A DNA stretch of 64,000 bases from a virus (lineage: Duplodnaviria > Heunggongvirae > Uroviricota > Caudoviricetes), in the IMG/VR virus record IMGVR_UViG_3300013121_000003, positions 98,674 to 162,673 of that record. One strand, given 5' to 3'. Numbering within the stretch: the first letter of the stretch is position 1; each line of letters begins with the position of its first letter. The notes under the pieces were generated by a model, which searched no databases, had not been told where the DNA came from, and was given only the letters and a program-made list of their open reading frames with translations. Positions 17,777-27,137 of the stretch are shown in pieces. A program made the translations under genes and the position numbers.

Positions 17777-18505
17777 TTAGTTTCTCGATAGAGATTCTAT
17801 TTCACCATCATCTTCTAATTTATTCCGAATCATTAAATATTCTTTAACCATATTTCCACGACATACATCATCAATAGTAAATTCGATGTGTTCGAACGAC
17901 TTCATTCTCTTTATAATTTTCATGAAATCATATAAACCAGTTTGTTCTCGTCCTTTATTTAGGTCTGTTTGTCTAATATCTCCTGAAAAAATTACACGAC
18001 AATTTCTTCCAACTCTTGTAATAATTGAGTTGGCTTCATGTGATGTTAAATTTTGAATTTCATCAACAATAATGATCGAATCTAACATAGTAATTCCACG
18101 AATAAATGACGTGGACATGAATTCAACGATCTTCTTTTGTTTTAATATATCGTATGCATCTCCACGGCCAAAAATTTCTTGGCAAATCGAAATATATGGA
18201 GCTTCATATACTTTTGATTTTTCAGAAGCAGAACCGGGAAGAAATCCCATGTCTCTTGTCGGAACAACCGAACGGACAATGATGAGCTTCTTATATTCAT
18301 TGTCACACAAGATGCTCTTCAAAGCAAGATACAAAGACAGGAGCGTTTTTCCGGTTCCAGCAGAACCGTGAAGCATCAGATTTTTACCGGATATATAACC
18401 GTCAAATGCTCTAGCTTGATTAACAGTTAATGGTCTAATTGAATTAAATTCAAGTGAAGTTTTCGGTTTTTCTTGTTCATCTTTTTTTCGCCGTGGTCTT
18501 CGCAT
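17777..18505 (-). CDS. phoH: PhoH-like ATPase
   Basis: LMLHGSAGTGKTLLSLYLAL Walker A and PhoH-family conservation; a hallmark of marine phages. Confidence 0.85.
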   Translation of the reverse strand: MRRPRRKKDEQEKPKTSLEFNSIRPLTVNQARAFDGYISGKNLMLHGSAGTGKTLLSLYLALKSILCDNEYKKLIIVRSVVPTRDMGFLPGSASEKSKVYEAPYISICQEIFGRGDAYDILKQKKIVEFMSTSFIRGITMLDSIIIVDEIQNLTSHEANSIITRVGRNCRVIFSGDIRQTDLNKGREQTGLYDFMKIIKRMKSFEHIEFTIDDVCRGNMVKEYLMIRNKLEDDGEIESLSRN

Positions 18506-18768
18506 TAGAAAGTATTGATTCCTTTACTAAGAGGATGCTTCTTCTTAACTTCCTTTAAAATATCTCTGAAATCACTGCTTGGTTTAGAAACAGAAGTTCC
18601 TTGGATTCGCATCGGATCAGCAATTCCAGGAGCACCATGAACTAATTGAGTTACATGAGGATTTTCAGCTAGGAACTTTTCCATTTCGGAAATTCCCATG
18701 AATTCTGTCCATTCTTTTTTAGTATTGTTATCGTAAAATTTATAAGTTGGAATTTTAAATCTCCACAT
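18505..18768 (-). CDS. Hypothetical protein
   Basis: 87-aa ORF; ATGA overlap with phoH. Confidence 0.5.
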   Translation of the reverse strand: MWRFKIPTYKFYDNNTKKEWTEFMGISEMEKFLAENPHVTQLVHGAPGIADPMRIQGTSVSKPSSDFRDILKEVKKKHPLSKGINTF

Positions 18769-19114
18769 GTTGGTTTTGAATTTTTATAGCATTTTTTAAT
18801 GAATCTGTACTGGCAAAATATTTTAATTTTGTATTTTTTCGAACAAAAACAACAAATATATTCCCTTTATCCCTGATTTAGAATCATAATGTAATATTTC
18901 TTTCAAATAATTTTGTGTTAAAATTCGTTTAAATTTAGGCATTATTCTTGTTCTTCTTCAAAATAATTAAAGTTTCTAGTTTTTATTGCCTGCTTAATCT
19001 TCTTTTCTTTGCGACGATCATAAGATTTATTTTTGTATCTTGGTTCATCTTCATAATCATATTCAAAATCGTCGTTCCAACGTTTCTTCTGTTTTCTAGT
19101 TCTTGACATGTTAA

Positions 19115-19555
19115 TTACTCAGTTTTTTCCTTTTCTTTTTCAGGAAGCAATCCCGGAAATGCTTCGTTGATTAGTTTCGCCGTGATTCCAGGAAACGGCA
19201 TTTTTTTGTTCTTGATTTGTAGCATCAATTTTGCGTCATCGGGATGAATAGATTCAAGAAACTGAATGAACAATTCTTCACGTCTATGTTGCTTCAAATC
19301 AGGGTTTCCACCTTCAAGGAAGAGATAAAGTTTCTTGATCTGAGAATAAATCATCTCATGACCAAATGACGAATCTGCTGGCTTATATGGTGGATCAGAT
19401 TCAGGTAATTGAAATTTAACATCAGGATTAAATACACAAATCATCAAATCTCTAAGACAATAAGAATCGTTTAATTGTAAAATTTTAATTTTGTCTTTTC
19501 TATTTGGAGTTGTGGCAACCGCAGTTAAAATCTCATGAATAGTGTGTTTCATCAA
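19115..19555 (-). CDS. Hypothetical protein
   Basis: 146-aa ORF; ATGA overlap with rnh. Confidence 0.5.
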   Translation of the reverse strand: MMKHTIHEILTAVATTPNRKDKIKILQLNDSYCLRDLMICVFNPDVKFQLPESDPPYKPADSSFGHEMIYSQIKKLYLFLEGGNPDLKQHRREELFIQFLESIHPDDAKLMLQIKNKKMPFPGITAKLINEAFPGLLPEKEKEKTE

Positions 19556-20382
19556 AAATCTCCTAGTTTAGTAAACAGTTCTTTCAAATCATGTGCAGCA
19601 AAATAATTCATAAGCACACTTTTATCTGATTGTGGAGATTCGTCAAATTGTTTTTGAATTTTTGAAGTTAATTCAAATGGAATATATTCGAAATCGATCA
19701 ACGTTCTGTTGCGATTTAAATTATGCTTCATGTCTTCAGACAATTCATTCAATTCCATTTTACTCTTAAAATCATCAAATCTTGATTTAGTCATTACGAC
19801 TTGTCTAGTTTTATTCACGAATACATCATCAGCCGATAAAACATTTGGAACTCCATCTCCCCGATCTCCTTTAAGTATATGTTCAATCAAATATTCACGT
19901 GGGGATTCGTGTTTAACGTATTTATCACGAATTGGATCGTACTGAATTACATCGTCAGCATGTAGCTGAATAAAGTCTTTATCAGATGAAATAATAACGA
20001 CTGGTTCGGTTCTATATTTGGTTAAGGTTGCAATAATGTCATCGGCTTCGGCTGCTTCGACTTCAACTAATTTATATGGAAAAAAGTGAGTTAAATCTTT
20101 TTTGAAAAGTTTAACAACAGTATGAACGTTTTTCCAAATTTCTTTTTCTTCTTCTCGTTTTTCTCGTCTTGTAGATTTGTAATTTGGAAAATAAGTTTTT
20201 CGCCATGAACCGCCAATTCCATCAGCAGCTAAAACGAGATTTCCAAATTTTTTTCGGAACATGACGTTATTCTTTCGAATCATGTTCAACATCATGTGTC
20301 GGGTTAAATCGATTGTAATATCTTCAGGTTTATATTGAAGAATTACTGAATACATAACTTGTGAGACATCTACTAATATCAT
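19552..20382 (-). CDS. rnh: RNase H / FEN-family 5'-3' exonuclease (T4 rnh)
   Basis: Similarity to T4 RNase H (EAAEADDIIATL, ISSDKDFIQL, KGDRGDGVPNV). Confidence 0.85.
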   Translation of the reverse strand: MILVDVSQVMYSVILQYKPEDITIDLTRHMMLNMIRKNNVMFRKKFGNLVLAADGIGGSWRKTYFPNYKSTRREKREEEKEIWKNVHTVVKLFKKDLTHFFPYKLVEVEAAEADDIIATLTKYRTEPVVIISSDKDFIQLHADDVIQYDPIRDKYVKHESPREYLIEHILKGDRGDGVPNVLSADDVFVNKTRQVVMTKSRFDDFKSKMELNELSEDMKHNLNRNRTLIDFEYIPFELTSKIQKQFDESPQSDKSVLMNYFAAHDLKELFTKLGDF

Positions 20383-20383
20383 T

Positions 20384-20884
20384 TTAATCCAAATGTTTCC
20401 AAATTTTTCTTTTTTTAATTGCCCATGCTACATACGGTGAAATACCAAAAATTTTTGCTATTTTTCTCTGAGTTTCTCCCGTTAAAAATAAATTTCTAAT
20501 TTGTATAACTTGTTCTGGTTTTAGTTTTGAGTTTCCGTTTTTTTCTCCTGGTAAATGACCAGGAGAAAATCTGTTTTTATCAATCATATCTTTTATATTT
20601 TCTTTTTGAGTTCCTAAAAACAAATGATTTGGATTACAACATGCTGGATTATCACATTTATGAAGAACACATAAATTATTAGGAATTTCTTCTATATTAT
20701 AATGATATATCCATGCTAATCTGTGAGATAATTGTGGTGTTTTTTTATTTCCTACAGCAAATCTTCCATATCCAGCTTTATTTTTATAAGCTTTCCACTC
20801 CCAACATAAATCAGAAGATTTTATGTCAATTTTATTCCAAAATCTTGTAATTCTTTCAATATCTGATAAATCTATTTTAGTCAT
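20384..20884 (-). CDS. HNH homing endonuclease (HNH_3 type with a C-terminal HTH)
   Basis: LCWEW...GYGRF...HRLAW...LHKCDNPACCNPNHL. Confidence 0.8.
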   Translation of the reverse strand: MTKIDLSDIERITRFWNKIDIKSSDLCWEWKAYKNKAGYGRFAVGNKKTPQLSHRLAWIYHYNIEEIPNNLCVLHKCDNPACCNPNHLFLGTQKENIKDMIDKNRFSPGHLPGEKNGNSKLKPEQVIQIRNLFLTGETQRKIAKIFGISPYVAWAIKKRKIWKHLD

Positions 20885-20905
20885 GACTTAAATCTAAAAT
20901 TTGCA

Positions 20906-21223
20906 TTATTTTTTTGGTTCTTCTTTAGTATGAATTACAGTAAACAATTCTTCAGCGACTTTGTGAAGAGGGTGTTCCAGATCATAAATCTTGTATATAT
21001 AAGCTTTCAGACTCTCAACTAGAAGAGCTAGGTTCTTTTCATGAGAGTCTGAAAGAAGATTACATTCTATCAAAGTCAAAGAGAAATCTTCAATTAAAGC
21101 ATTAACAACTTCATTTACTTTTTCTGTTTTGATTTGCTTTAGTTTTTCTTTGATTTCGTTTGGTTCTGGTGCCTGAATAGGTTCAGCACTTTTATTAGGA
21201 AATTCAATTAAGTTATTAGTCAT
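20906..21223 (-). CDS. Hypothetical acidic protein
   Basis: 105-aa ORF. Confidence 0.5.
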   Translation of the reverse strand: MTNNLIEFPNKSAEPIQAPEPNEIKEKLKQIKTEKVNEVVNALIEDFSLTLIECNLLSDSHEKNLALLVESLKAYIYKIYDLEHPLHKVAEELFTVIHTKEEPKK

Positions 21224-21226
21224 TTC

Positions 21227-22231
21227 TCATTTCTGTGATTGATATACGAATGAAACTTCATCTTCCTTATAAGGAAGTTCTTCAAACTTTATATTGGATT
21301 TGAGATTGTTGAATAAATCTTCCCACTGCATCTTTCTAAGAGTCCAAGAGTTAAAAAGATCAACATAACTCTTTTGAGACTTGAGTTCGGACACTGGAAA
21401 TCTCGTGTTGATGATGTTGATGCAATGATCTAGAGCATTGTAGAAGATGTTAGCGTGTGTATGAAGGTCTTCGTGGAAATCATACATCATAGTCCAGTTT
21501 GCGGCCGTCTCTGGCAATGCTCCTAGAGACGAATGGCAACACATAAGACCAGCAGACATAGCTTCCATGAGGCAAAGAGAAGACGTTTCTTGCCAGATGC
21601 TAGGATAGGCAAAGATATGATATTTCGGCAGCATATTCCTCAGTGTTTCATGTGGAACATAGCCATGAGACTTGATCTTTTCGTTTTTATTCATATGGTC
21701 AAAAATATTCTGGTAATCCTTATCTCTTTCTTCCCAACCATAAATCTTAAATGAAGAAAAAACATCTAAGCGAATATTATCGTGTTTTTCAGACAATTTT
21801 TCGAACACTGGAATGAGGATATTCAATCCTCTATGTGGCGTTGTGTGATAAACCAGATTGATAGTTTTCTTGGGAACTTTCTTTTCAATATCGACCTTAA
21901 ATGGTTCAATTGCATTATGAAGAATTGTTGTGTGTGATTTTGGAATTCCATATCTCAAAAGAAATTCTTCTCTCTGAAGATAAGAAACAAAAACAATCTT
22001 ATGGAACTTCTTCCATCCTCCATTAGCTAAGTGTGAATACATTGGATCAGAGCCACAATCATGTGCCCAAAGAATTCTGATCTTATCTTGTTTTAATTCT
22101 TTCACTCTTGATGGAATAATCTGAAATGGTTCCAAGTATTCATGTCCAAAAATTTCAATTAACTTGGACATTAACTGTTCAGTTCCGCCAAAAGCATTCT
22201 TAGTCATATCAGTTCGCCACTCGTCACTCAT
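21227..22231 (-). CDS. Glycosyltransferase, GT4 / group 1 family
   Basis: EX7E signature ETSSLCLMEAMSAGLMCC. Confidence 0.6.
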   Translation of the reverse strand: MSDEWRTDMTKNAFGGTEQLMSKLIEIFGHEYLEPFQIIPSRVKELKQDKIRILWAHDCGSDPMYSHLANGGWKKFHKIVFVSYLQREEFLLRYGIPKSHTTILHNAIEPFKVDIEKKVPKKTINLVYHTTPHRGLNILIPVFEKLSEKHDNIRLDVFSSFKIYGWEERDKDYQNIFDHMNKNEKIKSHGYVPHETLRNMLPKYHIFAYPSIWQETSSLCLMEAMSAGLMCCHSSLGALPETAANWTMMYDFHEDLHTHANIFYNALDHCINIINTRFPVSELKSQKSYVDLFNSWTLRKMQWEDLFNNLKSNIKFEELPYKEDEVSFVYQSQK

Positions 22232-22500
22232 TTTTTTCTCTCTGATTTAATAATATCTTTAATTTCTTCTTTAGTCTTTCCTTCTGATTGTAATTGTTTA
22301 ACTCTTTTAAACATAGCTTCAATTTCTTCCATGGGAAGATTTGAAATGGCAGAAATCATCTTCAAACCATTATATGTTCCATTTTCATTTTTGCAAATTT
22401 CATCTAGCGATTTGCCAGATTTCCACATTTCTCTAGGATCAGTCATTTTCTGTCTCCGCAAGTGGGGGGAAGATAAGATCAAGTAGCTCTTGGTATCCAC
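22228..22500 (-). CDS. Hypothetical protein
   Basis: 90-aa ORF. Confidence 0.45.
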   Translation of the reverse strand: MDTKSYLILSSPHLRRQKMTDPREMWKSGKSLDEICKNENGTYNGLKMISAISNLPMEEIEAMFKRVKQLQSEGKTKEEIKDIIKSERKK

Positions 22501-22810
22501 CGATCACTTTTCCATCTTGGATAACAATCGGAAGAACCTTTCTGTCTGGATACTTAGACATTACTTCTTCACGTGAAATATCTCTTCCAATGACAAGTTC
22601 ACGATAGTTCTTGCCATTGACTTCTAATAGTTTTTTACTTTCTATACAATAAGCACAATTGTCTCTAGTTATTAACTCAAACACATGTTTCTCCATAAAA
22701 ACAAAATAATAAAATTGAAATACATAAAACATAGTGATGACAAAATAGGTAAACAAAGCTACCCATATTATCATCAGTAATGATAGATCAGCTTTTTCTT
22801 CTGAAGTCAT
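22439..22810 (-). CDS. Glutaredoxin-like protein (CAYC active site); the N-terminal hydrophobic extension is possibly not translated (alternative start near 22696)
   Basis: DNCAYCIESKKLL...VIGGYQEL glutaredoxin fold motifs. Confidence 0.55.
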   Translation of the reverse strand: MTSEEKADLSLLMIIWVALFTYFVITMFYVFQFYYFVFMEKHVFELITRDNCAYCIESKKLLEVNGKNYRELVIGRDISREEVMSKYPDRKVLPIVIQDGKVIGGYQELLDLIFPPLAETEND

Positions 22811-23033
22811 TGAAGTTAAAGTCTCTATAATCTAAGATCATAATTCCATATTCATTTGGGTTTGCTTGTTCTACCAAACCGGCATAAGCAATAGCAGGTT
22901 GGATTTCCATGAATGTTGGACATTTATGGAAAAATTCGATGTTGTCTTTGGTGAGTTTTTCAAGGTGTGCTCCATATCCAACTCTAAACCCATCATTCGT
23001 TCCTAAGATGTAGATTCCACAAGAGTTAGACAT
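22788..23033 (-). CDS. Hypothetical protein
   Basis: 81-aa ORF. Confidence 0.45.
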   Translation of the reverse strand: MSNSCGIYILGTNDGFRVGYGAHLEKLTKDNIEFFHKCPTFMEIQPAIAYAGLVEQANPNEYGIMILDYRDFNFNDFRRKS

Positions 23034-23571
23034 TTTCCTCTTCCATGAAGATTGGATTTCTTATATCAAATATAAGAACTACTCGATCTTCAGTTCCTAT
23101 ATTTTTAGACCAATGAATTTTTTGTGAATTAAACCAAAACAAATCACCTTCTGTGAAGATTTCGTCTTCGTTTTCAACATGATACTCATAGCTCCCAGAC
23201 ACAACCAGATGGAACCGTTGTCGTAGTCTGTAATACTCACCGAAATCGATGTGCTTTACAACCCCGGCAGACGGTTTAAGACGAACTATGGCAACTCTGC
23301 CACATTCGCCTTGGTAGGTCTTGAGAAATTCGGTGATGAAGCTAGTAAATGTAGGAAAATAATTCAGAAAATATGTTGAAAACAATTCATGATTATCACA
23401 AAATCTCTGACCCATTCTCATTCTAGAATTAACTAGAGGAATTGTGTCAGTATCTTTTTGTTCATAGAAATTTTTTCTAGTGGTATCTACAGTCCACAAA
23501 TGTTCGTTTTTTTCAATCTCTTTTTTTAAATCAGAGACGTTAACTTTAAAAGGAAATTTATATATATTCAT
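23026..23571 (-). CDS. 2OG-Fe(II) oxygenase / Asp-Asn beta-hydroxylase-like cupin
   Basis: HIDFG...RFHLVV...GDLFWFNSQKIHWSKN...RVVLIFD matches the HxD...H cupin pattern. Confidence 0.55.
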   Translation of the reverse strand: MNIYKFPFKVNVSDLKKEIEKNEHLWTVDTTRKNFYEQKDTDTIPLVNSRMRMGQRFCDNHELFSTYFLNYFPTFTSFITEFLKTYQGECGRVAIVRLKPSAGVVKHIDFGEYYRLRQRFHLVVSGSYEYHVENEDEIFTEGDLFWFNSQKIHWSKNIGTEDRVVLIFDIRNPIFMEEENV

Positions 23572-24263
23572 TATTTTACCAAATAAGGAACTCCGTCCTT
23601 AATGGTTCCATAATTCTTAGTTTTACGAAGTCCATTTAAGGGAGTTACGGCTTGAATTCCACAAAGAGCGGCTAATCTGGTTTGTTCTTTTGGATCACCA
23701 GAACCAGCTTCAAACATTCCAAATTCACAAAGAATAGAATGAAGTTTTTTGATAGTAACCAAAGTTCTCAATTCATTTTCAGAAAGATTCTTGACCATAA
23801 TCTTAGTTAAAATATGATTTCTGATAAAGAAATCATGCATATGTTGATAGAAATTTATTAATTTCATAGGATCATTATCGAACGCAACATCAAGGTTATC
23901 GATTTCAGCAGAATAAAAACCTTGGGCATTATAAGTGGTAAACCATTCTTCACATTTAAGAATGAAACCATGTTGATACCATTCTGTTTTCCAATTTTCA
24001 TCTGATGTATCAATCCCGATAGAACGTGCGTTGGTCTTAATCTCAGCAGCTTCTTCTTTAGACCAAGACTCCATTCCAGGACCAACAAGATAAACATGAC
24101 GCTTAGCTCCTAGCCTGTTGACTACCAGCATTGCTTTTTCAAAGTCTTCTCCATATCCAGGATCGCCACCAATAAGAATGTTCGAACCATGTTTTTTGAC
24201 CATGGAACGAATTTCGGACTCTGTATACTGTTTTTCTGATTCGTGAAAAAACCTTTTGTTCAT
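23571..24263 (-). CDS. Hypothetical protein
   Basis: 230-aa ORF. Confidence 0.55.
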   Translation of the reverse strand: MNKRFFHESEKQYTESEIRSMVKKHGSNILIGGDPGYGEDFEKAMLVVNRLGAKRHVYLVGPGMESWSKEEAAEIKTNARSIGIDTSDENWKTEWYQHGFILKCEEWFTTYNAQGFYSAEIDNLDVAFDNDPMKLINFYQHMHDFFIRNHILTKIMVKNLSENELRTLVTIKKLHSILCEFGMFEAGSGDPKEQTRLAALCGIQAVTPLNGLRKTKNYGTIKDGVPYLVK

Positions 24264-24266
24264 TAA

Positions 24267-24680
24267 TCATCCTTTTTCATATCTATTAATATCGTTTTTA
24301 CGTTCGCATCCCATAGGATCACTACAAGTGTTCATTTCTTCTGCTGATTTATGACAATATATGCAAGATTGACTTGACTTTGCTAAAACATATTTCAATT
24401 TAATAACTTCTATTGTTAGGTTATCATATTCTTTTTCAAGACTATTTATATGCGAAATTGCAGTTCTGTTTATTGGAACCAATCTTCTGTTCCAAATCTT
24501 TTTCAATTCATCGAACGGGTCTTGATCTTTATCCAAATGTTCTAATTCTGGTGTGGTGCATTTACACCTAGAACAACGAATAACTTCAAATGAACAAGGC
24601 ATTTCTCTACTAGGTTCGATTATCGTTTGGCTTTCAGCAGGACCACCACAAAACGGACAGTCAAGAAGATCGTTCGTCAT
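24267..24680 (-). CDS. Zinc-finger protein, possibly Lar-like restriction-alleviation family (CPFCGG...CSRCKC)
   Basis: N-terminal CPFCGG motif characteristic of the Lar family; assignment tentative. Confidence 0.35.
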   Translation of the reverse strand: MTNDLLDCPFCGGPAESQTIIEPSREMPCSFEVIRCSRCKCTTPELEHLDKDQDPFDELKKIWNRRLVPINRTAISHINSLEKEYDNLTIEVIKLKYVLAKSSQSCIYCHKSAEEMNTCSDPMGCERKNDINRYEKG

Positions 24681-24745
24681 TCGGGTTCTCCTAAACGCAT
24701 TGTGGGCATCAGATGATGCCCACGTTAACCATCAAGATGTTATTT

Positions 24746-25309
24746 TTATGTTTTTTCTGTTGTCTTTACATCTTTGGAGAAAATTTTAAGGTTTAAATCT
24801 TCTCTGATCGAAGAATCTTCCCCGATCCAAAAAGCAGATACTACATTTTCTACAATTTTTCGTTCTTGATAATTTCGAGTAATAAGAATTTCGTTGGTTC
24901 CATCATGAGGGATATGTAAATGAAAAAACAAAGATTGATGTCTATCTTTAAACTTTCTAATATATCTCCAAGAAATAATATTACTCTGTTCTGAATAATG
25001 TATAGTTGGATTGACAAACAATTCTATTCTCTTTCTCTCAAACTCCTTTTTTAACTGTTCAGCAACAGGATAATAAGAAGAAATTTTATCTTCTTTTATT
25101 AGATTAACTTCTATGAAAACTGAATCTCCATATAAAGAAATTTTATTGTCGTTCTTAATATTAGCTTCTTCCATTACATCTTTGGCTATGATGTAAAGTG
25201 GTTCTAGTTCAGAAATTTTGTTGATTTCTTTTTGCTTCTCTGTAACAAGTTCAGAGAATTTATCGACCCAAATTTTATAACGCTTGGCGACTACTCGACT
25301 CTGAGACAT
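24746..25309 (-). CDS. Hypothetical protein
   Basis: 187-aa ORF. Confidence 0.5.
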   Translation of the reverse strand: MSQSRVVAKRYKIWVDKFSELVTEKQKEINKISELEPLYIIAKDVMEEANIKNDNKISLYGDSVFIEVNLIKEDKISSYYPVAEQLKKEFERKRIELFVNPTIHYSEQSNIISWRYIRKFKDRHQSLFFHLHIPHDGTNEILITRNYQERKIVENVVSAFWIGEDSSIREDLNLKIFSKDVKTTEKT

Positions 25310-25312
25310 ATT

Positions 25313-25507
25313 TCACCCCTCGTGTCTATGAGAAACCTGATACGTGATTTTTTCTTCAGAAGAAAGTTGTTTTTTATTATATTGAGATATAGCGTCCTGG
25401 ATTAAAAATGTCAAAAATGCATTATCTAGATCAGACATTTTTATACAAAATAATTCTTTTCCATTTCTAACATATGAATGATATCCGACCATCTTAGGTT
25501 TTGACAT
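25313..25507 (-). CDS. Hypothetical small protein
   Basis: 64-aa ORF. Confidence 0.4.
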   Translation of the reverse strand: MSKPKMVGYHSYVRNGKELFCIKMSDLDNAFLTFLIQDAISQYNKKQLSSEEKITYQVSHRHEG

Positions 25508-25535
25508 ATGTCCCTCAGTTTGTTTGTGGTGTTTG

Positions 25536-25578
25536 TGGGGGAAGAAGCTCGGGGAGGCTAGAAGCTTCTTCCCCCTAA
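25536..25578. other. Strong GC-rich hairpin (13-bp perfect stem gggggaagaagct / agcttcttccccc) in a 310-bp noncoding region
   Basis: Seen directly; no flanking T-run on either strand. Confidence 0.5.
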
Positions 25579-25767
25579 TCTCCTGGACAGACTCAGCAAC
25601 TTCCAGGAGATAATTCTAGGGTCTGGTTACTACCATCCCTAACAAGAAGATGGCAACCAGACAAGCGAAATAAGTCAGCGGCCAAAGATCAACGAACAAA
25701 AGCTTCGTCATTCGTGCCTCTTTCTATTTTTGTCGAATGTTGGGCAACGCAGGCACTAAAAAGCCCA

Positions 25768-25798
25768 ACGGGCAAACCATTAACTGATTTGCCCGTTA
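25768..25798. other. Second hairpin (10-bp perfect stem aacgggcaaa / tttgcccgtt) in the same noncoding region
   Basis: Seen directly. Confidence 0.5.
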
Positions 25799-25823
25799 TC
25801 TGTCAAGTCATGTTTGTGGCATT

Positions 25824-26894
25824 TTAGTCACGGTCGCTGAATCTTCTCCACCAGCGATTTCGACCTTCTGGAAATTCATTATTTCCTTCAATTGAACCGA
25901 AAGCATCGGCAACTGCATTTTCATCTAACTTTACAACCGTTGAAATTTCAGTTGTTGAGTTATGAAGATAGTCGGAAAGTTCTTTAATAGGATCAATTCC
26001 CTTTTCTTCAAAAGTCTTTTGTGTTTCTGGATCAATTCCAACAATGATGTTTGGCATCTCTGGTGGAGTTTCAACAACTTCAAGAGAAACATTATCAGGA
26101 ATCTTTTCTGAAACATTTGTAATATGAACAGTATCACCAGAAATTGTCATTCCAACAACTTGTGGAATCACATCAGATGGCTCTTCATCAGGCATTGATT
26201 GAATCGACAAATCAGGAAGTTTTGGAAAATGTTCTTCCGATTTAATAGCATCTTCAACCACAATAGCCGGATCAATACCAACCTTTTCAGCGACTATAGC
26301 AACTTCAGAAGGAACCGCAACAACTACATCTGAATTCCCTTCTGGTGTTTTAAGAACATAAAGTTCTGCATCATCTGGAACTTTAATTGAAGCATCAGCG
26401 AGTTTTACTTCAACTTGTGGTTCAACAGTTGTTGTCGAAATATCATGAACGGGAATTTCATTTAAAACGTTAATGGATTCGACCATAACGATTTGTGGCA
26501 TTTCAGCAGGAAGTTCAACTTTTGTTGTTGGAACTTCTGTATTGTCAGCATAAACGACCGTAACAACTGGTTCCGAAACAACTTCTACTTTAGCTTCTTC
26601 AACTGGAACGGCAACAGGAGCCTCTACAATCGATTCAGGAAGGGCTGGAACGACTTCTTCAACTTTTACAGGCACAACCTCCTGAACAACTGGAACCGCT
26701 TCCTGAACGCTTACAGGGGCAATCGGAGCAATCACCTGAACAGGAACATCCGTTGCCTTTTCCAGTAAAAAACTTGGCTGTTTTTCGTCTTTCTTGAAAT
26801 CAAAATGCTTGTTGTATTTTTCTTCGTCGTTTTCTAGATATTGGAAGTCAAGCTTACTTCCATTCCAGTCAAATATAAATTTCTGTTTAGACAT
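25824..26894 (-). CDS. PEV-rich low-complexity (PEVK-like) protein
   Basis: 356-aa ORF; long tracts of VPV/EPV/VEV repeats. Confidence 0.6.
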   Translation of the reverse strand: MSKQKFIFDWNGSKLDFQYLENDEEKYNKHFDFKKDEKQPSFLLEKATDVPVQVIAPIAPVSVQEAVPVVQEVVPVKVEEVVPALPESIVEAPVAVPVEEAKVEVVSEPVVTVVYADNTEVPTTKVELPAEMPQIVMVESINVLNEIPVHDISTTTVEPQVEVKLADASIKVPDDAELYVLKTPEGNSDVVVAVPSEVAIVAEKVGIDPAIVVEDAIKSEEHFPKLPDLSIQSMPDEEPSDVIPQVVGMTISGDTVHITNVSEKIPDNVSLEVVETPPEMPNIIVGIDPETQKTFEEKGIDPIKELSDYLHNSTTEISTVVKLDENAVADAFGSIEGNNEFPEGRNRWWRRFSDRD

Positions 26895-26903
26895 GTATTT
26901 CTC

Positions 26904-27113
26904 CTATCCAAGCCAATCTTGAGTATCGGGTTCTCCACGGCCTTCGATGAATAATATATCTTCCGTTAATACAAATCTTGAATATTTTTCGTTTAATTTA
27001 TCAATCAAAGTATCGATTACTGATTGCGAAGGAAGTTTAGACCAAAAAGCGATTAACACTAAATCATTCGAATTTGGATTCTGGCCTAAAAAAACATAAC
27101 ATTTTTCCATCAA
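26904..27113 (-). CDS. Hypothetical protein
   Basis: 69-aa ORF. Confidence 0.45.
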   Translation of the reverse strand: MMEKCYVFLGQNPNSNDLVLIAFWSKLPSQSVIDTLIDKLNEKYSRFVLTEDILFIEGRGEPDTQDWLG

Positions 27114-27137
27114 AAATAGCCTATGAAGTTTCTTCAG

